Source: Trueperaceae bacterium
GTDB lineage: Bacteria; Deinococcota; Deinococci; Deinococcales; Trueperaceae
Length of the DNA: 64,000 nucleotides
Direction of reading: 5' to 3'
Assembly (NCBI GenBank): GCA_965215565.1
Contig: CBDCDZ010000004.1
Coordinates: 32,001-96,000, forward strand
The notes beneath the pieces are model-generated. The model did no database searches and had not been told where the DNA came from. It saw only the letters and a list, made by a program, of their open reading frames with translations. The position numbers were made by a program, and so were the translations under genes. Of this stretch, positions 45,490-55,873 are shown piece after piece. Positions within the stretch are counted from its first letter, which is position 1, and every line of letters starts with the position of its first letter.

Positions 45490-48177
45490 GTGAAGCGTTT
45501 TCTTTCGGTCTTGATGACACTTTCTCTGATGATCTTAGCGGCGTGCGGCGGAGGTGGTCCTGAACCCATCGTCGCACCGCCGCCTCCGAACGGCGGCGGT
45601 GCGGGCTTCTCCGGTACGACCTTTGCACCGCCAGGAGGCGACGTTGCGAATACGGTGGTCATCGCGTGCTTCCTCGAGGCGAATCTGTGCAACAGCAACT
45701 CACCTAACACGGTCGGGGTGAACGTCACGGCGAGCGGCCTGGCGGCGACGTTTTCACTTCCCATCGTCGCGCCCGGCACGTATCATATCGTGGCGCTGCG
45801 AGACGCGAACGGCAACGGGACGTTCGGCGACGCGGGCGACTATCAGGGGTACTATACGCTAGACGGTCAGAGCCCTGCGCCGCTCTCACCGCCGCTCGGC
45901 GGCTTGAACGTCCAGATGAGCGTCCTCGGCGTCGCGCCTGCGCCGCCGGAGCCGCCCAGCGGCAGCGACCTCTCGGGCACGGTCACTGCGCCGCCCGGCG
46001 GCGACGTCACGCAGACGGAGGTGATCGCGTGCTTCCTCGAGGCGGGTCAGTGCAACGTGCAGTCACCCAACACGAAGGGCGCGGTGGTGGGTGCGGCGGG
46101 TAGCTTTACCTTGCCGGGTTTAGCAGCGGGTCAGTACATCGTCGTCGCGGCTAAAGATTTAGACGGCGACAATCAGCTTACGCCGGGGGACTACATCGGT
46201 TGCTACGGTGACTATCCGAACTGTGACACTGCAACGCCGCCACAAACGGGGCTGAATATCCAGCTAGGCGTCGAGGCGGGTGCACCTCCCGGTCCTGGTA
46301 CGGGCGGCACCGGCACGATTTCTGGGACAATAGTCTTTCCGGGAACGCTCGGCGGTGCGGCGTTCGGCACTTCGGGCGCACCTATACCCCAAGCGCTGTT
46401 AGACCGAGCGGCTCAGTTCGAGGTGCGTGATACTCCTACTTTTGCGACAGGTACTGAGTTTGTCCCTGGCGAGGTCATCGTCAAGTTTAAGCCTCGAGCG
46501 GCGGAGAGGGCGCAACTCGGCGCGCTCTCGGTGCAGGGGCTCAGCGTGCAGCGGACTCAGTCGCTCGGGGTGGAGCGCACGGCGCTCTACCGGGCTGAGG
46601 GGTTGGACGCGCGGGCTACCTTAGCGTTAGTCGCTACCCTTAACGCCCGCGCCGACGTCGCTTACGCCGAGCCGAACTACTTACAGTTCATCACCAAAAC
46701 GCCCGACGACGAGTTCTACCCCTTCCAGTGGCACTACGAAGCGATGAACCTGCCCGCCGCGTGGGACACCGAAGACGGCGCGGCAGGCGGCGTCACGGTT
46801 GCGGTCATTGATACGGGCTCCGTCGCCCACCCCGATTTGCAGGGCGCGCTGCTAAGCGGCTACGACTTCGTGTCGGACCCGCTCAATAGCGCCGACGGCG
46901 ACGGCTACGATCCTGACCCTACCGATTTGGGGGGAGACTCCTCGTATCACGGCTCGCACGTCGCGGGCACGGTTGCGGCGAGTACGAATAACGGCGGCGG
47001 CGTCGCTGGCGTGAGTTGGGGCGCGAACGTCGTGAGCGTGCGGGTGCTCGGCGTGACGGGGGGCGGCTCGCTCGCCGACATCGTCAACGGTATCTTATGG
47101 GCAGCGGGCGAAAGCGTACCTGGTGTGCCGCTCAACGCGAATCCGGCGGACGTCATCAACCTGAGTTTGGGCGGCGAAGCGCCCTGCTCGAGCAGCTACC
47201 AAGACGCCTTTGACCGGGCGAGGTCGAAAGGCGTCACCGTCATTGTTGCGGCGGGCAACGAAAATACGGACGCAGGTTTCAGTCAGCCCGCGAATTGTGA
47301 CGGGGTCATCACGGTAGGCGCAACCGGACCGCTAGGGACGCGCGCGCCCTATTCGAACTACGGCGCTACCGTCGACGTGATGGCTCCGGGCGGCGATAAG
47401 ACCCTGACCTTTGAGGTTCAGGGCGAGACGTTCCCTGCTGGCGTGCTGAGCACCGTCGCTGACGGCGCAGGTGGCTACGGCTACACCTTTCAGCAAGGCA
47501 CCTCGATGGCGTCGCCGCACGTGGCTGGGCTCGTTGCGCTCATGCTCGCGCAAGAGCCGGGCCTAGACCCGGACTCGGTGCTCGCGCGGCTACAAGCGAG
47601 CGCGCTGCCCCTCTCGGGTGAGGCGTGCGGTCAGCCTGACGGCTGCGGCGCGGGGCTCGTCGACGCGGCTGGGGCGTTAGGAGGGGCGGGCTCTGCGCCG
47701 CCCGTCGACTCGCCGCCCCCGGTGGGCAGCGCGACTACCTACGTCGCCGCGCTCTACTGCCTCGCTGGATGCAGTGACTTCGACGAAAGCCTCTCGGCAA
47801 TCGAAGCCGTCTCCGCCGACACGCTCCAGGTGCCCTATCGACTCGGCAACTTGGTGGCGGGCACCTACGTGGTGGCTGCCTGGCAAAACTTAGACGGCGA
47901 CGAAGAGGTCGACGAAGGCGAACCTTTCGGGCGGCACCTCAACAACCTCACGCTCGCCCCCGGCGCGGAGCTTGACCGGGCGGACATCTACCTGCAGCCC
48001 TTCACCTTACAAGCGCAGACGCTCGGCGCGTCTGATACCCTTTCCGCCGCGGTGAACGCCACGTTAGGGCGGCGCTCCGCACAGATCTTCTCGCCGCCAG
48101 CAGACCTCTTCACGCTGCGCTACACCGTGCCGAAAGGCGCGTTAGAAGGCGCGGAACGCTCGCTTAACACCGACTGA
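45490..48177 (+). CDS. S8 (subtilisin-like) serine protease lipoprotein with a duplicated N-terminal Ig-like domain
   Basis: GGAGG RBS; lipobox LAAC; two APPGGDV..VIACFLEA..C repeats; triad VIDTG, HGSHVAGT, GTSMASPH. Confidence 0.93.
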   Translation: MKRFLSVLMTLSLMILAACGGGGPEPIVAPPPPNGGGAGFSGTTFAPPGGDVANTVVIACFLEANLCNSNSPNTVGVNVTASGLAATFSLPIVAPGTYHIVALRDANGNGTFGDAGDYQGYYTLDGQSPAPLSPPLGGLNVQMSVLGVAPAPPEPPSGSDLSGTVTAPPGGDVTQTEVIACFLEAGQCNVQSPNTKGAVVGAAGSFTLPGLAAGQYIVVAAKDLDGDNQLTPGDYIGCYGDYPNCDTATPPQTGLNIQLGVEAGAPPGPGTGGTGTISGTIVFPGTLGGAAFGTSGAPIPQALLDRAAQFEVRDTPTFATGTEFVPGEVIVKFKPRAAERAQLGALSVQGLSVQRTQSLGVERTALYRAEGLDARATLALVATLNARADVAYAEPNYLQFITKTPDDEFYPFQWHYEAMNLPAAWDTEDGAAGGVTVAVIDTGSVAHPDLQGALLSGYDFVSDPLNSADGDGYDPDPTDLGGDSSYHGSHVAGTVAASTNNGGGVAGVSWGANVVSVRVLGVTGGGSLADIVNGILWAAGESVPGVPLNANPADVINLSLGGEAPCSSSYQDAFDRARSKGVTVIVAAGNENTDAGFSQPANCDGVITVGATGPLGTRAPYSNYGATVDVMAPGGDKTLTFEVQGETFPAGVLSTVADGAGGYGYTFQQGTSMASPHVAGLVALMLAQEPGLDPDSVLARLQASALPLSGEACGQPDGCGAGLVDAAGALGGAGSAPPVDSPPPVGSATTYVAALYCLAGCSDFDESLSAIEAVSADTLQVPYRLGNLVAGTYVVAAWQNLDGDEEVDEGEPFGRHLNNLTLAPGAELDRADIYLQPFTLQAQTLGASDTLSAAVNATLGRRSAQIFSPPADLFTLRYTVPKGALEGAERSLNTD

Positions 48178-48746
48178 CCTAAAGGTCGACTTGTGAGGTC
48201 CGGGTTGAAGTGAACACTTCAGCCTGGACCTCTTCTTTAGGGTACTTCTATGACTACTATCAATTTCGCAGTATTATTGAGACAGATGGGCGCTTCTCCT
48301 GGAGGCGCGCTTTAGCCTGCGAAGCAAGGGCTTGCGCGTTAGCCACCGAAGTTACGCAAACAGTTGCGCAGTTTTCTATAGGGGAAGGTTTAGCAACGCC
48401 AAAGACCTCATTGCGCAGCGGTAGGGGAATTCCAAATGTGCATGACAGGTTTTGAAAGTCCATAGGGACGCAGTTTGCTACCTAGCAACACTGCTTTACA
48501 AGGTGAGGCTGGCTCAAACCAGATGAAATCCTGCTAGCTTTACGGCTGAGTGCGCGAAGCTTTTCCCGGAGGGTGACTTCGTTTACGAAGTCACCTGCTA
48601 TCAGAAGAATGGCGAATTGTGAAAGGTGCGTTCACCTAGCTCAAATATAGTGAGAGCGGACTATGTTACGCTAGACCTGCCTGCTGAGGCACCCGAAAAC
48701 TCGCGTTTATTCGTTTCATGGACTTTATCTCTACGCCCGCACGTTT

Positions 48747-49499
48747 ATGGAGGAGCCGTTGCCGTCGCTGGACAACTTTCGCTTATTTGACCTGCTCGAT
48801 ATTTTGATCATCGCGGTGCTCTTGTATCAGCTTTATAAACTGCTCATCGGCTCGAGGGCGTGGAACGTGCTGCGCGGCTTAGCTGCGCTTACCGGGCTCT
48901 GGTTTTTAGCGGCGCAACTCGACCTCACCGCGACGCAGTGGATGTTCGACAGGGCTGCGCCGGCTGCGTTCCTGGCAGTGGTGGTGGTGTTTCAGCCCGA
49001 GCTGCGTTCAGCGCTAGAGCGCGTGGGGCGCGGGCGCGGGGGGCGTTCGTCGAGCGGTGATCCGGTCCAGGAGATCATGTCGGCGGTGCGCGAACTCGCC
49101 ACGCAGCGGCGCGGCGCGCTCATCGCCATCGAGCGGCACACGCCCCTAGCCGAATACGGGCAGGTCGGCACGAAACTCGGCACGCCCGTTTCGTCGGCTC
49201 TCTTGCAAACTATTTTCGGCTCCAAAGGACCCTTGCACGACGGCGGCGTCATCATCAAAAACGACACCGTCACCTATGCGGGCGCGATCTTCCCCCTGTC
49301 AGACAAGCACGAGGGCTGGTCCGTCAAACACGGCACGCGCCACCGCGCCGCGATGGGGCTCTCTGAGGTCTCGGACGCCTTTACGATCGTCGTCAGCGAG
49401 GAGCGCGGCACGGTCAGCGTGGCGCGGCGCGGCGAACTGCAAGCGGACATTGCGCCAGCGGACGTCATCAAGCAGTTGCGGGAGGTCTACGGTGGCTAG
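48747..49499 (+). CDS. cdaA: Diadenylate cyclase CdaA/DacA
   Basis: Three TMs, VVFQPELRSALE, PLHDGG, GTRHRAA and VSEERG. Confidence 0.93.
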   Translation: MEEPLPSLDNFRLFDLLDILIIAVLLYQLYKLLIGSRAWNVLRGLAALTGLWFLAAQLDLTATQWMFDRAAPAAFLAVVVVFQPELRSALERVGRGRGGRSSSGDPVQEIMSAVRELATQRRGALIAIERHTPLAEYGQVGTKLGTPVSSALLQTIFGSKGPLHDGGVIIKNDTVTYAGAIFPLSDKHEGWSVKHGTRHRAAMGLSEVSDAFTIVVSEERGTVSVARRGELQADIAPADVIKQLREVYGG

Positions 49500-49601
49500 C
49501 GTCGCGGCGTCTAACGTCTGTCCAACTGCCGCTTCGGACTTGCGCGCGCCGACGTGTGAGAGGCTCACTGCGAAGAGCCGCGCTGAGGCAAGGGCGCTCA
49601 G

Positions 49602-50582
49602 GTGAGACCTTCGTTTCGCCTCGAGCCGAGACGCTGGCTGGATAAGTGGCCCTTCAAGTTGGCGGCTCTGCTGCTCGCGGTCCTGCTCTGGTTTTTCGTC
49701 CGCACCGACGAGAGCGTAACGGGGCAACGCACGCTTAACGTCCCCGTTACCGTCATAGGTCTGGATGATAGCGAGCTAGCTTCGGGTGTCCCCGAGCGCG
49801 TCGAGGTGACGCTCTACGGACCGAGCACGCGGGTGGACGCGCTGCGCCCGGAAGGGGTTGACGCCTTTCTCGATCTGCAAGACGTGTCGGGCGACTTCAA
49901 CGTACCCGTCAGCGTCTTTCCGCCGCAAGGACTGACCTCGGTGCGCGTCGCGCCCACCGAAGTGATCGGCACCGTGCAGCGCAGAACGAGCAAGCGTATA
50001 TTGGTGCGCCCCGCGCTCTACGGACCGAGGCCCACCAACGCGGTTATGCAGCCCCGTGCAACCCCGAGTGAGGTCACGGTGACGGGGCTAGGTGCGCAAG
50101 TCGAGCGCGTCCGGGCGGCGTTGGCACCCCTTACTCTGGAGCGCGACGCGGACGCGCCCGTGCGCCTCTACGCTGTAGACGCCGCCGGGCAGCCCGTCGA
50201 AGAGGTCAGGCTCGAGCCCAACCAAGCTCAGGTTCAGATAGACCGCGAGAACGTGCTCCACACCCGCCGCGCCCCCTTGGCCCTCACCCTGCCCGACGTG
50301 AGACCCCTGGAGGTCACCGCGCAGTCGCTCAGCCAACCCGACGTGCTCTTAGCCGGTCCGAAAGAGGTCTTGGACTCCCTGGAGCGCGTTCCCGCGTCGG
50401 TCAACCCTTCCTCCTCCGTGCCCCAAGCGAGAGAATATACCCAAACGCTGACGCTGCAACTCCCCGAAGGGGTGCGCGCGCTAGAAGCGCCGAGGCTCGA
50501 GCTGCAGCTCAGCCGACCGCAGAGCGAGGCGAGCACAGGGGGCGCTGAGAGTATGCCGCCTGGGTCTCAGTCGGAACCTTGA
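49602..50582 (+). CDS. cdaR: CdaR/YbbR-like regulator
   Basis: KLAALLLAVLLWFFV anchor plus YbbR-like repeats, directly after cdaA. Confidence 0.8.
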   Translation: MRPSFRLEPRRWLDKWPFKLAALLLAVLLWFFVRTDESVTGQRTLNVPVTVIGLDDSELASGVPERVEVTLYGPSTRVDALRPEGVDAFLDLQDVSGDFNVPVSVFPPQGLTSVRVAPTEVIGTVQRRTSKRILVRPALYGPRPTNAVMQPRATPSEVTVTGLGAQVERVRAALAPLTLERDADAPVRLYAVDAAGQPVEEVRLEPNQAQVQIDRENVLHTRRAPLALTLPDVRPLEVTAQSLSQPDVLLAGPKEVLDSLERVPASVNPSSSVPQAREYTQTLTLQLPEGVRALEAPRLELQLSRPQSEASTGGAESMPPGSQSEP

Positions 50583-50601
50583 TAAAGCAGAAGAAGCAAG
50601 A

Positions 50602-50731
50602 AGGGTAGTGGCGCTATTCGGAATGATGCAGAGGTTGGGGGTTGCAACCCCTTGTTCATTGCGCGGAAACGTTCATCACACAGAAACGGCGCAAGACGTA
50701 CCCGTCAGCGTTCTATCTGAACCCACTACCG
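50602..50731. repeat. MITE-like intergenic repeat with an internal palindrome (copy 1)
   Basis: AGGGTAGTGG..GGGGTTGCAACCCCTTGTTC..CCACTACC. Confidence 0.6.
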
Positions 50732-50831
50732 TAAGAAGAAAACATTCAAGCGCCTTACTTCCTGCTTCTTATCCCCCTTTGTCCGCAGCGCGCAGGAATG
50801 ACCCGCTCGCACCTGTTATAAATGGAGAACT

Positions 50832-51470
50832 ATGATCTACCCGATTCGCTACTACGGCGACCCGGTGCTGCGCAAAGTGGCTCGCCCGGTCACCTCTTTC
50901 GACGACGAGTTAGAAACCTTGAGCCGGGATATGTTGGAGACCATGTACGACGCTAACGGCGTCGGGCTCGCCGCGCCCCAGATTGGTCTCTCCAAGCGGC
51001 TCTTCGTCGCCTTGCAGATTGAACCCCTGGAGGACGAAGAACCTGACGACGCGGACGACCTCTCGACTTTATCCCCCGAGGAGAAGCGCAAGCGCTGGGG
51101 CGTCGTCGCCGAGCACGTGATGGTCAACCCGGAGATCACGCGGCGCAGCGGCGAGCAGTTCGCCCAGGACGGCTGCCTCAGCGTGCCGGGGCTTTTCGTG
51201 GGCGAGATGAGGCGCGACGAAGAGGTCACGGTGCGCTTCCAGGACGTGACGGGCGAAGCGCGTGAGCTAGCTGCAGAGGGGCACTTCGCCCACGTCATCC
51301 AGCACGAGTTAGACCACTTAGACGGCGTGCTCTTCTTCGACAGGTTGCCCGAAGAGGAACGGCGACGCTTCATGAACGAGCACCGCAAAGAACTCGCCGA
51401 GATGCAGCGCGAGGCGAAAGCGCTGCTCAAGCAGTTCAAGGACAACCCGCCGCTAGCGAGGGTGACGTGA
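50832..51470 (+). CDS. def: Peptide deformylase
   Basis: GVGLAAPQIG, DGCLSVPG and QHELDHL. Confidence 0.97.
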   Translation: MIYPIRYYGDPVLRKVARPVTSFDDELETLSRDMLETMYDANGVGLAAPQIGLSKRLFVALQIEPLEDEEPDDADDLSTLSPEEKRKRWGVVAEHVMVNPEITRRSGEQFAQDGCLSVPGLFVGEMRRDEEVTVRFQDVTGEARELAAEGHFAHVIQHELDHLDGVLFFDRLPEEERRRFMNEHRKELAEMQREAKALLKQFKDNPPLARVT

Positions 51471-52393
51471 TGCGGGTGGCGCTTTTTGGCTCACCGAGCT
51501 TTGCCCTCCCTACCCTGGAGGTGCTCCGCCAAGACCATGAACTCGCCCTAGTCGTGACCCAGCCCGACAAACCTGCGGGGCGCGGCAACAAGCTGACCTC
51601 GCCGCCTGTCGCGGAGCGCGCGAAAGAGCTGGGTGTAAGGCTCGAGCAGCCCGCTAAACTCAAGAGAAACGAGGCGTTTTTAGGGCTTATCCAGTCGCTC
51701 GACCTAGACGTCGCTATCACTGCTGCCTACGGTAAGATTCTGCCGCGGGCGCTGCTCGAGGTTCCCAAGCACGGCTTTCTGAACGTTCACGCGAGCCTCT
51801 TGCCCCACTACCGGGGCGCTGCGCCGATTCAGTGGGCGCTCATCAACGGCGAAAAGGAGACGGGTGTGAGCGTGATGCAGACTGAAGCGGGGCTCGATAC
51901 GGGTCCGGTTGGACACGTCAAGAGAATAGATATTGAGCCTCATGACACCGCCCTGACCCTCTTCGACAAGCTCTCCCTCGTAGGGTCCGAAGCGGTGAAA
52001 GAGGCGTTGGAGAAGTTAGCGAGAGGTGAGCTTCCTTGTGAGCCGCAGGATGACGAAGCGGCAACCTTCGCGCCCCTTCTAACCAAAGGCGACGGCGAAA
52101 TCCGCTGGCGCGGCGCGGCGGAAGAGGTCTACAACCGCTTTCGCGGCGTTCTCGCTTGGCCTGGTACCTGGACGACGTACGGGGGCAAGACGCTCAAAGT
52201 GCACGCCTTAGCGGTGCGAGAAGGTGAAGGCGAGGCGGGCGAAGTGCTCTCGGTGAACGCGGACGGCATCTTAGTCGCAATGGGTACGGGCGCAGTGTTG
52301 CTCAAAAAGGTGCAGCCGCCCAACAAGCCCAAGATGGACGCTTTCGACTTCGCTAACGGCTACGGCGTGAAGGCGGGGCAGTCCCTTGGCTAG
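51467..52393 (+). CDS. fmt: Methionyl-tRNA formyltransferase
   Basis: VVTQPDKPAGRG and NVHASLLPHYRGAAPIQ. Confidence 0.97.
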   Translation: MMRVALFGSPSFALPTLEVLRQDHELALVVTQPDKPAGRGNKLTSPPVAERAKELGVRLEQPAKLKRNEAFLGLIQSLDLDVAITAAYGKILPRALLEVPKHGFLNVHASLLPHYRGAAPIQWALINGEKETGVSVMQTEAGLDTGPVGHVKRIDIEPHDTALTLFDKLSLVGSEAVKEALEKLARGELPCEPQDDEAATFAPLLTKGDGEIRWRGAAEEVYNRFRGVLAWPGTWTTYGGKTLKVHALAVREGEGEAGEVLSVNADGILVAMGTGAVLLKKVQPPNKPKMDAFDFANGYGVKAGQSLG

Positions 52394-53699
52394 AGTCGCC
52401 ATCGTCGGACGCCCCAACGTGGGCAAGTCGAGCCTTTTCAACCGCTTAGTCGGGCGGCGCGAAGCCATCGTCGCGGACATGCCGGGCGTCACCAGAGACG
52501 TGAAAGAGGCGAAAGTCGAGAGCGATTTGGGCGGCGCGTTCACCCTGCTCGACACGGGCGGGCTCTGGTCCAACGACACCTGGGAAGCGCCCATCAAGCG
52601 CCGCATCGAGGCGGCGCTCCATGACGTTGACTTAGTCCTCTTCTGCGTAGACGGGCGGAGCACCCTCTCGGCTGCGGACTACGAAGTCGCTGACTGGCTC
52701 CGCACCTTAAAGAAAGAGGTCTTGCTCATCGCCACCAAGATCGACGATCCGCGCCACGAGGAGAACCCCGACGTGTTCGAACTGTACGCGCTCGGCTTCG
52801 GCGAACCTCTTTTTACCTCGGCGGAGCACGCGCGCGGCACCTACGAACTCGTCGATATGGTTTTAGAGCGTCTACCGGAGGACGATGACGAAGCCGAGTC
52901 CGAAACGGTGCGCGTCGCCATCATCGGACGCCCGAATGTGGGCAAGTCGAGCCTCTTGAACGCACTCGTCGGCGACGAGCGCGTCATCGTCGCCGACATG
53001 CCGGGGACGACGCGCGACAGCGTCGACGTGCAGTTCGACTTCGGCGGGCGACCTTTCGTTTTGGTAGACACGGCGGGCATCCGCCGCAAGCCGGAGGGAG
53101 ACGTCGAGTACTACTCCAAACTCCGCAGCGAGGAGGCGCTCTTAAAGTCCGACGTGGCGGTTTTAGTCATCGACCCCTTCGAACTCGGCGATCACGAACT
53201 GCGCCTCGCGAACCTCGCGCTCTCGGCGGGCAAGCCCGTGGTGATAGCTGTAAACAAGTGGGACCTGGTCAGCGACGAGCAACTGCGCGAGTTCGAGCGT
53301 GACGTGGCGGAAGAACTCGCGCACCTCTATTTCGCACCGAAAATCTACACGAGTGCGCTCAACGCTTACGGCTTGCACGACGTTTTAGCCGCCGTCATCC
53401 GCGTGTACGACACCGCGCGCTTCCGCGTCCAGACGAGCGAGATCAACCAGTGGTTGGAGGTCTGGACCCAGCGCCAAGCCCCGCCTAACTTCAAGGGCAA
53501 GCCCCTCAAGCTCCTCTACGGTACCCAAGCTGACATCGCGCCGCCCACCTTTGTGATCTCTGTGAACAACGAGAAGTTCATTACCCGCGCCTACGAGTCG
53601 TACCTCTTGAACCGCATCCGCGAAGATTTGGGCTTCATGGAGGTCCCGATTCGGCTCGTGTTCAAGTCGAGGGCGGGCGGCAAGAGGGTGAGGACGTGA
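52386..53699 (+). CDS. der: Ribosome biogenesis GTPase Der (EngA)
   Basis: Two GRPNVGKSS GTPase domains plus a KH-like C-terminus. Confidence 0.97.
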   Translation: MARVAIVGRPNVGKSSLFNRLVGRREAIVADMPGVTRDVKEAKVESDLGGAFTLLDTGGLWSNDTWEAPIKRRIEAALHDVDLVLFCVDGRSTLSAADYEVADWLRTLKKEVLLIATKIDDPRHEENPDVFELYALGFGEPLFTSAEHARGTYELVDMVLERLPEDDDEAESETVRVAIIGRPNVGKSSLLNALVGDERVIVADMPGTTRDSVDVQFDFGGRPFVLVDTAGIRRKPEGDVEYYSKLRSEEALLKSDVAVLVIDPFELGDHELRLANLALSAGKPVVIAVNKWDLVSDEQLREFERDVAEELAHLYFAPKIYTSALNAYGLHDVLAAVIRVYDTARFRVQTSEINQWLEVWTQRQAPPNFKGKPLKLLYGTQADIAPPTFVISVNNEKFITRAYESYLLNRIREDLGFMEVPIRLVFKSRAGGKRVRT

Positions 53700-53723
53700 A
53701 CATATCGACTTCCTCTCGTTGGT

Positions 53724-53848
53724 AGGGTAGTGGCTTGACCTGGGATGGCGCTTATGTCGAAGCAAGGGGTTGAAACCCCTTGTTCACCTCCTATTCAGTA
53801 TGCAGAGAGAGTAGGGAATGGCAGCGTTCGGTTCAGAACCATTACCCT
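53724..53848. repeat. MITE-like intergenic repeat with an internal palindrome (copy 2)
   Basis: AGGGTAGTGG..CAAGGGGTTGAAACCCCTTGTTC..CCATTACCCT. Confidence 0.6.
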
Positions 53849-53857
53849 CTCGCTGAC

Positions 53858-55672
53858 TCAGTGCTTATCAATGACCTTGTGAAGCGCGCGCTCGAGCGTA
53901 GCGCGCCCCACATCCATCACTTCGAAATTAGCGGCGGCCTCTAAGTGGATGTCGATGCGCTCCAGCGTGCCCCCGGACGGAAGCGTGAGGGTGCCGGGGT
54001 ACTGCCCGAGCGGTTCGCCGTTGTCGATGTCCACTTCGTTATCGAGGTCTTGCCACGCGATGAGTACATAGGTGCCGGGGTCCAGTATCCCAAACTGGAA
54101 GGGCACCCTCAGCTCAGCCGAGGTCAGCGCTTGTACCCTCGAGCGGTCCATATCGAAATCTGCACACGACGCTACGCAGTAGAACGCTACGACATAGGTT
54201 GTCACTGTGCCCGTCGTCGTCGGCGGAGTAGGGTTGGACACGTCGCGCCCTAACGCCGCCGCCGCATTGACGAGCCCTGCGCCGCAGCCGTCCGGTTGAG
54301 CGCAGTCCGCGCTCGAAAGAGGTTCGGCGCTCTCTTTGAGCTTCGCCAAAATCTCGTCCGGGCTGCTGTCCGGCTCGGCGGCGAGCAGCAGCGCGGCGAG
54401 CCCAGATATGTGCGGCGCAGCCATCGAGGTGCCCTGGTAGGAGCCGTAACCGTACGCGCTGTCCTGAACAATCGTACTCAGCACGCCCGCAGGCACCTTT
54501 TCTCCGTTTTGCTCGAGCACCCGACTCGCGTCACCCCCAGGAGCCATCACGTCAACCCTAGCGCCGTAGTTCGAGTAGGGTGCCCGCGTGTTCTCCGGTC
54601 CGGTCGCGCCCACCGTGATGACGCCTTCACAGCTCGCGGGCGCGTAGGACCTCGCGTTATCGTTGTCGTTGCCCGCCGCGACGACGACCGTCACGCCCTT
54701 CGCCCGCACCCTGTCGAACGCCTCCTGCTCGCTCCGCGAACAGACGCCCTGACCGCCAAGGCTGATGTTGATGACCTGCGCCGGGTTAGGGTTGACGGGC
54801 ACTCCGACAATGCGCTCGCCCGCCGCCCACAACACGCCGCTGACCATATCGGTCAGTGTGCCCGCGCCCGTCGCGCCGATGACCCGCACCGGCACGACCT
54901 TCGCGCCCCAGCTCGCCCCGGCGACACCGCTGCTATTATTCGTGCTCGCCGCGACTGTGCCCGCGACGTGCGCGCCGTGATACGAGGTGGCTCCTCCTAA
55001 GTCGGTGGGGTCCGCGTCGTAGCCGTCGCCGTCCGCGCTGTCCTCCGGGCTCGAGACGAAGTCGTACCCCCCCAGCCACACCCCCTGCAAATCGGGGTGC
55101 GCCACCTTGCCCGAGTCGATGACCGCTACTGTAACGCCGCTCCCAACACCGTCCTCGACCTCCCACGCCGCAGGCAGGTTGATCGCGTCGTAGTGCCACT
55201 GATAGGCGTAAAGGGGGTCATTCGGCGCTTTTTGAACCCTCTTGATCGTGTTAAGCTCAGCGTAAACGACGTCGGGGCGGGCGTTCAAAGCGTCGACTAG
55301 CGCCACGGTCTCCCGCGCGTCCAACCCCTCAGCCCGGTAGAGCGCCGCGCGCGGCAAGCCCACTGCCTGCGCCCGCTGCAACTCGAGTCCTTGCGCCGAA
55401 AGCGACTGAAGCTGCGCGTCCGAGGCGAACTTGACGATGACCTCACCGGGTACAAAGGCAGGGGCGGAGGCGTTCGTACTCTCCTCTATACTGCCAACCG
55501 CACCGGGGAAGATAAGCGTGCCAGAGATTGAGCCCGGCTGTGTAGTCGGCGTGCTCGGTTTTGTACCGATAGGCATATCGCTGCAGGCCAGAAGAAGTAG
55601 AGTCACTAGCGTCGGGTAGGTGCGCCGGGCGAGGCTCGAGCCCAAAACGCGCCGCAAAGAGGTGAGGATCAT
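53858..55672 (-). CDS. S8 serine protease lipoprotein, paralog of 45490..48177
   Basis: Lipobox LLAC; VIDSG, HGAHVAGT and GTSMAAPH. Start uncertain (ATG 55672 chosen). Confidence 0.92.
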   Translation of the reverse strand: MILTSLRRVLGSSLARRTYPTLVTLLLLACSDMPIGTKPSTPTTQPGSISGTLIFPGAVGSIEESTNASAPAFVPGEVIVKFASDAQLQSLSAQGLELQRAQAVGLPRAALYRAEGLDARETVALVDALNARPDVVYAELNTIKRVQKAPNDPLYAYQWHYDAINLPAAWEVEDGVGSGVTVAVIDSGKVAHPDLQGVWLGGYDFVSSPEDSADGDGYDADPTDLGGATSYHGAHVAGTVAASTNNSSGVAGASWGAKVVPVRVIGATGAGTLTDMVSGVLWAAGERIVGVPVNPNPAQVINISLGGQGVCSRSEQEAFDRVRAKGVTVVVAAGNDNDNARSYAPASCEGVITVGATGPENTRAPYSNYGARVDVMAPGGDASRVLEQNGEKVPAGVLSTIVQDSAYGYGSYQGTSMAAPHISGLAALLLAAEPDSSPDEILAKLKESAEPLSSADCAQPDGCGAGLVNAAAALGRDVSNPTPPTTTGTVTTYVVAFYCVASCADFDMDRSRVQALTSAELRVPFQFGILDPGTYVLIAWQDLDNEVDIDNGEPLGQYPGTLTLPSGGTLERIDIHLEAAANFEVMDVGRATLERALHKVIDKH

Positions 55673-55873
55673 GAAGATTAGTCTAGCGCTGCCCTCCAGG
55701 TTCCCTCTGATGAAAACTTCCCGTTGCAAAGGCGAATTATCTCACACTGGGCTAAGAAATGAACGAGCTAGACGAGGTAGTAGTCACGCTCCGCTACCCC
55801 TTCAGTCCTTGCCTACGCTTTACATCCGTTACGGCAGATACGATACGATAGAGAACGCAAAAGGAGACCCACT

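Noticed and set aside
48180..48746. Riboswitch or ncRNA upstream of cdaA
   Set aside because: The intergenic region is long with small hairpins, but I could not match a known aptamer consensus; an Rfam/Infernal search is needed.
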